Shown piece after piece: positions 9,436-18,139 of a stretch of DNA of 64,000 nucleotides. The translations under genes and the position numbers were made by a program. Location of the stretch: the NCBI GenBank assembly GCA_050633305.1, contig JBOEGF010000032.1:128001-192000 (forward strand). Reading direction: 5' to 3'. Origin of the DNA: Nannocystales bacterium (GTDB lineage Bacteria; Myxococcota_A; Polyangia; Nannocystales; Nannocystaceae). How positions within the stretch are numbered: the first letter of the stretch is position 1; each line of letters begins with the position of its first letter. Below the pieces are notes generated by a model. It had not been told where the DNA came from. It made no database searches and saw only the letters and a program-made list of their open reading frames with translations.

Positions 9436-10380
9436 TCAAGGTAAGGGGCCGTCGCCTCCGGCGCCCGGTGCGAGTTCAGGACCGTGCGTTGCATCCGCGG
9501 GACACGTTCCCTGAAACCGCCCTACGTGTGACGTGATGGCCGTCTCGACGCAGCTTCGGGTCGCCCGCACGCGGGCGTTGAGACGTAGGTCAGGGTGGTA
9601 GAGCAGCCAAAGATCAGCAACATGCCGCAGGTCCGGCTTGGCCAGTCGACACAAGCGAGGGTCGGTATCGCCCACGTACGTCGGCAGCATGATGAGGCCC
9701 AGCCCGGCATAGGCGGCTTGTGCGATTGCCTCGATGGATCCGAACGCCCCCCACACCGGCAGCGTCGCGTAGCTGGATCCGTCCACCATCATCTGGCTGC
9801 TCTTGCGGTCGTCGAAGGCGATCCAGCGCGTGCCAGCGTTGGCCGGGTCGAGACGTTCGGCGTGTTCGAGCGCGACGTAGCTGCAGACGGTGATCGGCGC
9901 GAGGACTCGGCCGATCAGCGTCTCAGGGGGAGACGCCCCACGAGCCAGAATCCGAAGCGCGATGTCGGCCTCACGCTTGGAGAGGTCGAACGACCGCGAG
10001 TCCGTGAAGAAGGCGACCTCGAGACCAGAATGCTCCTCGCACAGCTCCGCGACCGCAGGAATGACGATGCTCGACACGAAGGCATCGCAGCATGTGAGCG
10101 ACACGGTCCCGTCCATTCGGGCATCTCCGCCGGCCAGTCCTCGCTCGATCTGGTCCAGCTCCTGTTCGACCCGCTCAGCGCCTGGGAGCATCTCCCGACC
10201 CGCTTCGGTCAGTAGGTACCCATCGCGATTTCGATCGAAGAGGCGGGTGGACAGACGGGATTCGAGCCCTTCGACGCGCCTGGCGACCGTGGAATGGCTG
10301 ACGCCCAACCTGGCCCCGGCGGCGCGTACAGAACCTGTGCGGGCCAAAGCCAAGAAGTGCCGGACGTCGTCCCAGTCCAC
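9436..10380 (-). CDS. LysR family transcriptional regulator
   Basis: MDWDDVRHFLALARTGSVRAAGARLGVSHSTVARRV...LFDR HTH and DLSKREADIALR substrate-binding domain. GTG start at 10380. Confidence 0.93.
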   Translation of the reverse strand: MDWDDVRHFLALARTGSVRAAGARLGVSHSTVARRVEGLESRLSTRLFDRNRDGYLLTEAGREMLPGAERVEQELDQIERGLAGGDARMDGTVSLTCCDAFVSSIVIPAVAELCEEHSGLEVAFFTDSRSFDLSKREADIALRILARGASPPETLIGRVLAPITVCSYVALEHAERLDPANAGTRWIAFDDRKSSQMMVDGSSYATLPVWGAFGSIEAIAQAAYAGLGLIMLPTYVGDTDPRLCRLAKPDLRHVADLWLLYHPDLRLNARVRATRSCVETAITSHVGRFQGTCPADATHGPELAPGAGGDGPLP

Positions 10381-10509
10381 CTGCTCGTTGTAGCACCCTG
10401 CTGCCGACCCCGTACCGATCGCGCAGACCGGAAACCGGAACCCCCTGCCACCGTGACCTTGCTCGAGGCTCAGCGCCTCCCTCGGGCCCCGGAGAGCCGC
10501 CCTCCCCAA

Positions 10510-11673
10510 CTAACGGACGTAGTACTCGATCGCATTTGCGCCCCGAAAGGCACTGCCGTTGATGGTCGGCTCCGCCGCAGCGGAGCAGACGTCGGGCTCG
10601 AGGTTTCCGAAGCCATCCGCGGTCGCGTTCACGTACGAGACCATCGGGTGCGGCTCGTTCCAGTAGCCGCCCTGGTACCGCGGGCAGGTCGAGCAACACG
10701 AGCCGAAGAACCAGGGGATGGAGTCTCCGTCGTTCACGCACGTGGTCGAGGGACCCACGTCGGTCGCGGAGAAGTCCGTCGCGCTGACGATCGAAACCTC
10801 GCTGACCATGCCCGTGATCGTGGTTCCTGCGTCGGTCACATCGAGAACACCGTTGCTGCCGAAGTAGAATAACGGCATACACGACGTGCCGTCATCCGAC
10901 CGGCGAAGCTCGACACGCAGCAGGTGATCGTAGAGGTCCTGCAGGTCGTCCCAGAGGTCCCCTCGCATCCGGTACGCGCCCGCGCCTGGTTCTCCGATAC
11001 TCAGCGTTCGCCACTGTAAGTATGTGGTCTGCAACGCGTCGGTCAGCGCGGGATCCCAGACGGTCCGCTGGACCAGCGTCCAGCCACCACCGGATGTGCT
11101 CTGGTCGCAGTACACCTGAAGCGGAGACTCGGGCCCGTCCTCCGTGTCGATGTCGATCGTGTAGACGCCGTCCCGCAGCCCGTTACCGCTGGTGAGCAGG
11201 TCTGCGCAGGAGCTACACAGGGCGGGGAGGACGTCGTCGCAGTCGAGATCCACGGTGCCGCCGCACCGCTCGGGCGCGCCGGGGTAGGCATCGGGATCGT
11301 CGTCATCGCAATCCCCCGGTTGATCCGTGTAACCGTCTCGGTTCGTGCACGTGAGCATTGGCTCCGAGTCATCACCAAACCCATCCTCGTCCTCGTCGCG
11401 AAACAACATCATCGGGGCCTCGCACGATGGTTCCCCGGTCGTCTCCAACACCGGCGCCGTCGTTGAAGAACCGGGCGCCGTGGAGGACCCAGGGGTGGTG
11501 AACCCGGCGCTCGTCGACGACTCGACCGGGCCCGACGTCGAGTTCCCAGAGGCTGGCTCGGGCCCGGTCGATGCCCCCCCCAAACCCGCCGTGTCCGTGT
11601 CCGAGGATTGAATCTCGCCTTGACCGCATGCGCTCACGGCGAGCGCTACGCCAAAACACAGTCCCCACCGCAT
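10510..11673 (-). CDS. Lipoprotein with Cys/Asp metal-binding (MopE-like) repeat and fibrinogen C-terminal-like domain
   Basis: Lipobox VSAC, Ser/Thr stalk, DEDEDGFG...DCDDDDPDAYPGAPERC...DLDCD, then SCADL...DGVYTI...VYCDQSTSGGGWTLVQR (fibrinogen-related motif). Confidence 0.8.
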   Translation of the reverse strand: MRWGLCFGVALAVSACGQGEIQSSDTDTAGLGGASTGPEPASGNSTSGPVESSTSAGFTTPGSSTAPGSSTTAPVLETTGEPSCEAPMMLFRDEDEDGFGDDSEPMLTCTNRDGYTDQPGDCDDDDPDAYPGAPERCGGTVDLDCDDVLPALCSSCADLLTSGNGLRDGVYTIDIDTEDGPESPLQVYCDQSTSGGGWTLVQRTVWDPALTDALQTTYLQWRTLSIGEPGAGAYRMRGDLWDDLQDLYDHLLRVELRRSDDGTSCMPLFYFGSNGVLDVTDAGTTITGMVSEVSIVSATDFSATDVGPSTTCVNDGDSIPWFFGSCCSTCPRYQGGYWNEPHPMVSYVNATADGFGNLEPDVCSAAAEPTINGSAFRGANAIEYYVR

Positions 11674-12182
11674 GGTTCAGGATACCTGGCGCGGGGCCCC
11701 CGAGGATAGCGACCAGCCGGTCTCGCCGGAGCACCCAGCACAGCCTGCACACCGACGCCGCCCACCGTTGTCCGAGTCCGGAGGTTGCCCAAGGATACGG
11801 GCCAACCGGAGAGCAGTGCGGATGAGACTGGCCACAGGGGTCCGTTCTTCGGCGTCGCCGCTCGACATGTCGACTCCACCCCGGAGCTTCCGCAACGAAG
11901 GCCGCTCCCCACCCACGAGAAGTCCATACACATCGCGCTCCGCGACCCGAGGCAGCCCATGCCTCTGTCCGGCGCCATCGAATCCCGTGTTTCGTCATCA
12001 TGGGCGCGATGGCCGAAGAACGCCGAGCCGGACAGACGACGTGGCGCGACGGCCAGCGACCCGCTTGGGGTGAGCTCCCGGCTCCGTGGGTCGGGCTTCC
12101 GTGCGCCGCGAAGGGCAGCGGTGCTAGGGGTTGAGGGGTGTTGTTTTGCGTCGTCGGATGGCTGGTAGCTGCGCGGGCTCCG

Positions 12183-13379
12183 ATGCGCGCCACCTCATTG
12201 GGATGTGCCGCGTTCCTGTACGGCTGTGCGTCGCGACCGGTCACCGAGCCGGCCAGGACTGCCTCCCCCCACGTTTTGCCGACAACCGTTCAAACCTCGG
12301 AGGAGCGTTCGTTCGACGAGTTCCTCGAACAGGTCGAGCACCTCCCGGCTCCACCACCCTCCCCTCCCTACACCGGAGCAGAGGCTCTCGCAGTGGACGC
12401 CCGGGGCATCCCGGCATTCGCCCGCCTCGACTTCGATCCCAGCCGCCTTCCGCTGCGCGCCCGGGTCGCCGCCCCGACACATGTCTACACGCCGCACGGA
12501 CTCGACGTCTTCGCCCGACCCCACCGGCCGTCGCCACTCTCCCGGACATACGCGGTGCTCAATCCCGACACCGATGTCCCCGCCCGGCGTCCGCGCCTCC
12601 TGTGCGAACACGAGGGACCCTATCGAGTCGGGATGGCGTTCGACGAAGCCGGCCTCGAGACGGTCGTTGCGTCCCCCGCGCTCCTTCGACCCTCCCCATC
12701 CGCCCAAGACGACGCGGAGATGACCCCGGGCGTCACGTTGGTGCCGGGCCTGAGCATCAGGGTTCTGAGCTCCGAGGGCGGCATGGCTCGGGTCGAAGTC
12801 CAGGGCGACTCCTACGTCGCGGAGGGACAGGTGGCCCAGGACCGACTCGACATCACCTTCGAGTACGCGAACGGCCCGACCATCGAGCAGGAGGTGAACG
12901 CAACGCTCCTTCGCAGCATCGACTTTCGCACCTCGCCAGGGGGAACCGTGTTCGCGAGTTCGTCACCCGAGCCGCGGAACGTGGCTCGAGCGGTGGGGCC
13001 CGTGCGTGACGGCTACGTGTTCGTTCGGCACGAGGTCGACGCTTCTGTGACCGTCGCGGGTTGGGTGGACGCCAAAGCGGTCGCCCCCGGCCTGCCGGTG
13101 GTCGTGGCCGGAGTTCGATCCCCTGGCGTGTGCGGTGGAGTCGCGGGCGGGCGACCCCTCCCCGAGCCACGCCGCGTCCTGCTCGATCGCGGAACGTTGC
13201 TGCGATCCGTCCGGAGTCACGAAGTCGTCGGCGTCGTGACCTCCAAGCACAACGCCGAGTGCGTGAGACGCTGCAACAGCGCAACCCCAAGGGTCACACT
13301 GACAGCGTGCGGCGTTGAGTTGACTCTGGAGGCGCTGTCCCCGCACGGGGCCGCCGGCGGCGTCCCGCCATCACGCTGA
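12183..13379 (+). CDS. Hypothetical lipoprotein
   Basis: Lipobox LYGC. Beta-rich segments such as VAGWVDAKAV are reminiscent of SH3-like repeats. Confidence 0.6.
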   Translation: MRATSLGCAAFLYGCASRPVTEPARTASPHVLPTTVQTSEERSFDEFLEQVEHLPAPPPSPPYTGAEALAVDARGIPAFARLDFDPSRLPLRARVAAPTHVYTPHGLDVFARPHRPSPLSRTYAVLNPDTDVPARRPRLLCEHEGPYRVGMAFDEAGLETVVASPALLRPSPSAQDDAEMTPGVTLVPGLSIRVLSSEGGMARVEVQGDSYVAEGQVAQDRLDITFEYANGPTIEQEVNATLLRSIDFRTSPGGTVFASSSPEPRNVARAVGPVRDGYVFVRHEVDASVTVAGWVDAKAVAPGLPVVVAGVRSPGVCGGVAGGRPLPEPRRVLLDRGTLLRSVRSHEVVGVVTSKHNAECVRRCNSATPRVTLTACGVELTLEALSPHGAAGGVPPSR

Positions 13380-13477
13380 ACCGGCGTGGGACAAACCCAG
13401 AGCGCGGTCCGACGCGGAAACCCGCGGGTCCGCACAGGTCCTCCGCGGGGGCTTTAGCTCCGGGGCCGGATTTGGCC

Positions 13478-15724
13478 TCAACGACGGCGCCGGCGAAGCG
13501 CGCCCGCGACGAAGAAGAACAGGAGCGCCGCACCGGGGGACCCCTCGCCAGAGGTGCAACCACAGCCCGACTCACCGTCGGAGGCCATGTCCGACTCTCC
13601 TCCACCGATGTCGTCGAACGAGCCGTCCTCGGCCGTGATGCCAGGGACAACCGGAGAGAAGCACTCGGGCCCGCGATGGGCCAACCCCGGCGGGAAGGAG
13701 AATGAGTAGCTCCCCAGATGCCCTTCCTCAGGGGCGAGGACCTCATCGAAACCGCGAATGACACACTGCGCCGGGTTCGGGTCGTCGACCCAGTCAATCC
13801 CGTCGCCGTCGTGGCACTCGACATGCGGCTCCATCTCGGGCGTCACGATTTCGACCTTCTCGCAGGCCTCGTAGTTGCCCTGGAGCACTTCGATGGCCGA
13901 AGTTCCGCAGGGATAGAACACCTCTGCAAGATCGTCGCACGTCGAGAGCTGGGTGTAGCCGACCTGGAAGCTCGCATCGAAGCTGACCGGGCCTCCACCG
14001 AAGAAGCTGGTGGGAGCCGTGGAGAAGACAACTTCTTGGTTCGCCAACGCGCCCGCGATGGAGTTGAACGTGTTCATGTACAACACGCTCGTATCGAACT
14101 TCGCCAGAGCCGCGTCTGCGTCGTCGAGTTCGAGGCCGAGCGCGTCGAGCCGGGCTTGGTCGATCTGAGCGACCGCGATGTCCTTGAGTTCTTGGGCCTT
14201 CCGGTTGAGGCCGGTGTCGACCTGGGGCGCCAGGGCGATCAGCTGGTCCTTGAGTTCCTCCGTGAACGCGGACATCCGCGCGACGATCTGCGCCTTGAAC
14301 TCGTCGGTGATGAGCCGAACGGTGCCTTCGAGGAAGTCGCGAAGAGGGCCCACGGAGTCGATGACGTCAGCGGCCCACTCCGGAAAGAGGACCTCGTACG
14401 GGAAGTCCGTCACCGAGTCGATCGCCGTCTCGAGCGGTTCGAAGGCACGTTCGATGTCCTGCGCGGTGAGTTCTTCGGGTCCCTTGGTGACCAACAGGTT
14501 ACTCAGCGCTTCGGTGGTCTGAAGATAGCTGTCGACCACGGTGTCGAGTTCGGCCTTCTTGAGGTCCACCGCCTGCTGGAACCGGCTGGCATTGCCGCCT
14601 TCCTCGGCAAACAGATGCTCGTAGAGCGCCTTGCGCGTTCGGAGCAGCGGGCAGCTGATCGAGCACTCTCCCTCATCTCGCCACTGGGTCAGCGTTTCAT
14701 CGAGCTTTGCTTCACCGTTCACCTGCGCGATGTCGAGCAACCGCTTGACGTCCTCAATCATCTCGGGAAGCAACAGGATGTAGTCGTGCGTTGCGAGGCC
14801 CGCTCCGGGGTTGAGCACCTGGACGTTTCCCCCGGTAGATAGGAACTCGATGTACGCGTCCATCACGCGACCATCGAGCTCGATCGTCCGCCCCGACTCG
14901 CGGATCTCCTCAATGGAGAGTTCCAAGTCGCCACTGGGGTCGAAGCCCTCCAGCTGTGCGGCTCGTAGCGCATCGTTCTTGCGCTCGACGAGTTGGCCGG
15001 TCAAGTAGTGAAACAGACCCCGCCCTTCGGTCGAAGGGTCGAAGTAGACCCGTCGGACGAGGTCCCGCGGGATCGCATGTCGCAGGCGATCGTCGGTGAA
15101 TTCCTCTGGACGGGCGGCCCGAAATGCCTTGTCGATCTTCGACTCCACCGTCATGTGTCGCACGACGTTGAGCAGGCTGAACTCGTGCTGTCCATCCGCA
15201 ACCGCGTCCTTGGGATACATCGTGAACGTCTCCCCCGTGAAGTAGTTGACGACGTGATGGACGTTGTTGTCCATGATGCCGTGGACGAAACAGCCAAGCG
15301 CGTAGGCCCGCTCCGGTCCGTCCGCCGCCTCGTCGAGCAGTGCTTGGCATTGCGAGAATGGGAAGAAGTGCCCTCCGTGCGATGGCTCGGTCAGTCCGAC
15401 GCCCGGCGTATTGTCCGGGCCTACGATGCCTCCCCGGAATTCCAAGGGGTTGTCCATGATCGCCCGGGCGTTCTCATCGGTGAGCACGACGAACCGGGTC
15501 TCCGTGGAGGGACCGAGCAGGCGAATGGCGGGCTGACCACACCACTCTTGCTCCTCTGGGTCACACCCCTCCGCCCTCCAGTTCCGCATCATCTCGTCAG
15601 CGATCAGGTTGCCGACGGCGATGTGACTCGTGGGCTTATAGGCGGTCGCGGACTCCGGAATGAGCGCGATGGCGGCCGCAGCCATGACCGGTGCAATGAC
15701 AAGCTTCTTGGATCCCCATCCCAT
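13478..15724 (-). CDS. Secreted zinc-dependent phospholipase C/S1-P1 superfamily protein with MYXO-CTERM anchor
   Basis: Signal peptide then YKPTSH, GIVGPD, AYALGCFVHGIMDNNVHH and RHMTVE (Zn ligands). C-terminal GCGC...AALLFFFVAGALRRRRR. Confidence 0.8.
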   Translation of the reverse strand: MGWGSKKLVIAPVMAAAAIALIPESATAYKPTSHIAVGNLIADEMMRNWRAEGCDPEEQEWCGQPAIRLLGPSTETRFVVLTDENARAIMDNPLEFRGGIVGPDNTPGVGLTEPSHGGHFFPFSQCQALLDEAADGPERAYALGCFVHGIMDNNVHHVVNYFTGETFTMYPKDAVADGQHEFSLLNVVRHMTVESKIDKAFRAARPEEFTDDRLRHAIPRDLVRRVYFDPSTEGRGLFHYLTGQLVERKNDALRAAQLEGFDPSGDLELSIEEIRESGRTIELDGRVMDAYIEFLSTGGNVQVLNPGAGLATHDYILLLPEMIEDVKRLLDIAQVNGEAKLDETLTQWRDEGECSISCPLLRTRKALYEHLFAEEGGNASRFQQAVDLKKAELDTVVDSYLQTTEALSNLLVTKGPEELTAQDIERAFEPLETAIDSVTDFPYEVLFPEWAADVIDSVGPLRDFLEGTVRLITDEFKAQIVARMSAFTEELKDQLIALAPQVDTGLNRKAQELKDIAVAQIDQARLDALGLELDDADAALAKFDTSVLYMNTFNSIAGALANQEVVFSTAPTSFFGGGPVSFDASFQVGYTQLSTCDDLAEVFYPCGTSAIEVLQGNYEACEKVEIVTPEMEPHVECHDGDGIDWVDDPNPAQCVIRGFDEVLAPEEGHLGSYSFSFPPGLAHRGPECFSPVVPGITAEDGSFDDIGGGESDMASDGESGCGCTSGEGSPGAALLFFFVAGALRRRRR

Positions 15725-15764
15725 GCCCCCTTGTAACCCAATGCCCTACACTCGCAACAGCATC

Positions 15765-15789
15765 GCGTAACAACCTGCAATCGTTACGC
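15765..15789. promoter_or_regulatory. Perfect 7-bp inverted repeat, possible operator
   Basis: GCGTAAC-N11-GTTACGC in the AT-richer spacer about 40 nt upstream of the PLC-like gene. Confidence 0.4.
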
Positions 15790-15853
15790 TTTGCATCCAC
15801 ACGTCGCGCGGTGGAACTCGCGACCGCGCTTTCGGCGGACTCCTGACCCCCGC

Positions 15854-17083
15854 TTAGCCCTCCGGGGGCACGAAGTCTTCGCAGGTCGTGTCGATGATGT
15901 CGACGGCCGACTGGAAGAACTCGTTGTAGCTGCCCGCACATACGCTGCCGGAGATCCCACGCGTCCCCCACGACTCGACGAAGTTGCGCAGGTTGACGCT
16001 GGGCTCCGCACCGCCGTTGGAGTCGGGGTCCAAGGGAGGACAGATCGCGCCTGGCTGGTCGTTGTCGCCGTACAGTCCCAAGACGACGACCGCAGATTCG
16101 TCGCCTCCCTTGGCGGTGACCAGCGCCTGTCGCCACTGGTCGACGTTCCCGGAGGAGTCACCGCTGTCATCCTCGTCGGTGACGAACGTGACGACGAGGA
16201 TCGCGTCGTCGCGAACGAACCCCGCGTTGCATGCCGCGGCGGTCGTACCGGCGGTGACCGCTTGAACCATCGACTCCATCGGCCGCTCGGTCCCCTGTGT
16301 CGAGCCTACGCCCACGTTCGCCGCGCAGGCGAACGTCGCTGGGAGATCCGGCTCGGCGCTGTCCATGTAGCGCAGCCCGTTGGCGAAGTTGCAGTCCTGG
16401 TTCGACGCTCGTGTGCCGCGCGGATGCACAACCCCAGCACCAAGCACAGCCTCACAGACCAGCGGTGTCGTGCCGCCGTTGCAGTCGTATCCTTCGCAGG
16501 TCTCGTTGACGAGGAGGCAGCCGATTCCGCACGGAATGCTGGCAAACGGATTGCAGGTCCCATCCGCCTCGTAGCATTCCGCAGGCGCCGCGGCACACAG
16601 ACCGCCACAGCCCGCGTAGACCCACTCGTCGGTGTCGACGACCATCAAGTGGTAGTCCTGCGCTTCATCGAGCGTGTTCTGAATCGTGTCGATGAACCCG
16701 GGGAAACTGGCGATCAGGTTGTCCTGCTCGTCTCCCATCGACCCGGAGTTGTCGATGACGAACAAGAAGTCGACCTTCTTGCAGCCGATGTCTCCGTCGG
16801 GGTCGGCGGTGGTGACTCCGGTGGTCTCGACGGGCCCGACGTCGAGCTTGATGTCGTCGTCCTCGCCGGTCGAGTCGTCGGCGCCGCCAGATCCTGGCCC
16901 CGAGGTCGAATCAGGGGTCGAGGTACTGGCCGAGGACGGGGTCCCCGTGGCGGCGTCATTCCCAGTCGGCTGCTGCGCGGCCTCCTCTTCACGCGGCGGT
17001 TCACTGCACCCGGCGACCACGAGTCCCGCGCCGAGCACGAGAACTCGGGGAACACCGCCCCATGATCCAACTCTCCAATCCAT
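15854..17083 (-). CDS. vWA-like domain lipoprotein
   Basis: Lipobox VVAGC, Ser/Thr/Gly stalk, MIDAS-like VDFLFVIDNSGSM, FVRDDAILVVTFVTDEDD, Cys-rich insert. Confidence 0.8.
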   Translation of the reverse strand: MDWRVGSWGGVPRVLVLGAGLVVAGCSEPPREEEAAQQPTGNDAATGTPSSASTSTPDSTSGPGSGGADDSTGEDDDIKLDVGPVETTGVTTADPDGDIGCKKVDFLFVIDNSGSMGDEQDNLIASFPGFIDTIQNTLDEAQDYHLMVVDTDEWVYAGCGGLCAAAPAECYEADGTCNPFASIPCGIGCLLVNETCEGYDCNGGTTPLVCEAVLGAGVVHPRGTRASNQDCNFANGLRYMDSAEPDLPATFACAANVGVGSTQGTERPMESMVQAVTAGTTAAACNAGFVRDDAILVVTFVTDEDDSGDSSGNVDQWRQALVTAKGGDESAVVVLGLYGDNDQPGAICPPLDPDSNGGAEPSVNLRNFVESWGTRGISGSVCAGSYNEFFQSAVDIIDTTCEDFVPPEG

Positions 17084-17138
17084 CGGGCTACGCTACCACT
17101 GACCGCGTCCGACCGGCGGACGCGGCCGTAGCGCCCGC

Positions 17139-18131
17139 TCACACGCCGAGAAGCTCGCGAACGCTTCCTGTGACCGCGGCGGTCGGCAGGCACATTCGGG
17201 CGCCAGCCTTGCGGGCGGTGGCACGAATGTCGTCGGTCGGCGCATCGTGCACGGCGATGAGCTGCGCGCCGCCTTTGCCTTTCCCAGCCAAGGTCTCGAT
17301 GACCTTGGAGGTCGCAACGTCCGGAACGGTCAGGCTCAGGATGACGTACCGCGGCGGCGCCGATTGGGCGACCAGCAGCGCATCTGCACCCGTTTGCGCA
17401 GTCATGACCTCAACCGGTGGCTGAGCTTGCGCCAGTTCCTCTTTCACCCGAGCGCGGAAGTCCGCGTTTTGGGTGATGACCAAGACCCGTGAGACCTCGT
17501 CCGCAGGCGTGGCAGCTCCACCCTCCCCGTCCACGGTGTCCTCCTTGAGGTGGAACGCCTCGATGACCTTGCGGCGAACCTCGAGCACATCGAGCGGCTT
17601 GCGCAAGCAAGCAGCAGCGCCGGCGGCAAGGATGCGCTCGGTGTTCGCCTCGGTGTAGTAGCCGGTGATCGCGATGACCTCGGTGTCCTTGGTCGCCGAG
17701 TCCTTCTTGAGCCGAGTACAGACCTCGAACCCATCGACGCCGGGCATCATCAAGTCGAGGAAGATGAGCTGGGGTCGGAAGGACACCACGAGTCGCCCGG
17801 CATCAAAGGCGTCTTTGGCGACCTCGGCCTCGAACTGATGGTTGAGTTCCTTGACGACGTCGCGCACCAGGTCGAGGACGACCGGCTCATCGTCGACGAC
17901 GAGGATGCGACCGACCTCCGTACCGGTCGGCACGTTGAACGGAATGTTGCGCTCTCTGCAGACCCGCTCGAGGTCTTCGCGGCGGACTCGGCGGTGACCG
18001 CCGACCGTCTTGAACGCGGGGATGAGCCCGTCTTCGATCCAACGAATGACGGTCGTGGGCGTGACGCAGCAGATCTTCGCGACGTCGTGCGTGGAGTAGG
18101 TGTCTTTGACAGGTGGGCGTCCGCGGGCCAT
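17139..18131 (-). CDS. Response regulator: excisionase/MerR-like HTH + receiver + degenerate receiver
   Basis: YSTHDVAKICCVTPTTVIRWIEDGLIPAFKTVGGHRR, then ILVVDDE...FLDLMMP...KP. The second REC-like domain lacks the acidic residues. Start ATG 18131. Confidence 0.9.
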   Translation of the reverse strand: MARGRPPVKDTYSTHDVAKICCVTPTTVIRWIEDGLIPAFKTVGGHRRVRREDLERVCRERNIPFNVPTGTEVGRILVVDDEPVVLDLVRDVVKELNHQFEAEVAKDAFDAGRLVVSFRPQLIFLDLMMPGVDGFEVCTRLKKDSATKDTEVIAITGYYTEANTERILAAGAAACLRKPLDVLEVRRKVIEAFHLKEDTVDGEGGAATPADEVSRVLVITQNADFRARVKEELAQAQPPVEVMTAQTGADALLVAQSAPPRYVILSLTVPDVATSKVIETLAGKGKGGAQLIAVHDAPTDDIRATARKAGARMCLPTAAVTGSVRELLGV

Positions 18132-18139
18132 TGGGAGTC

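Noticed and set aside
9481..9510. LysR box inside the 3' end of the LysR gene
   Set aside because: Only partial dyad symmetry, too weak to support.
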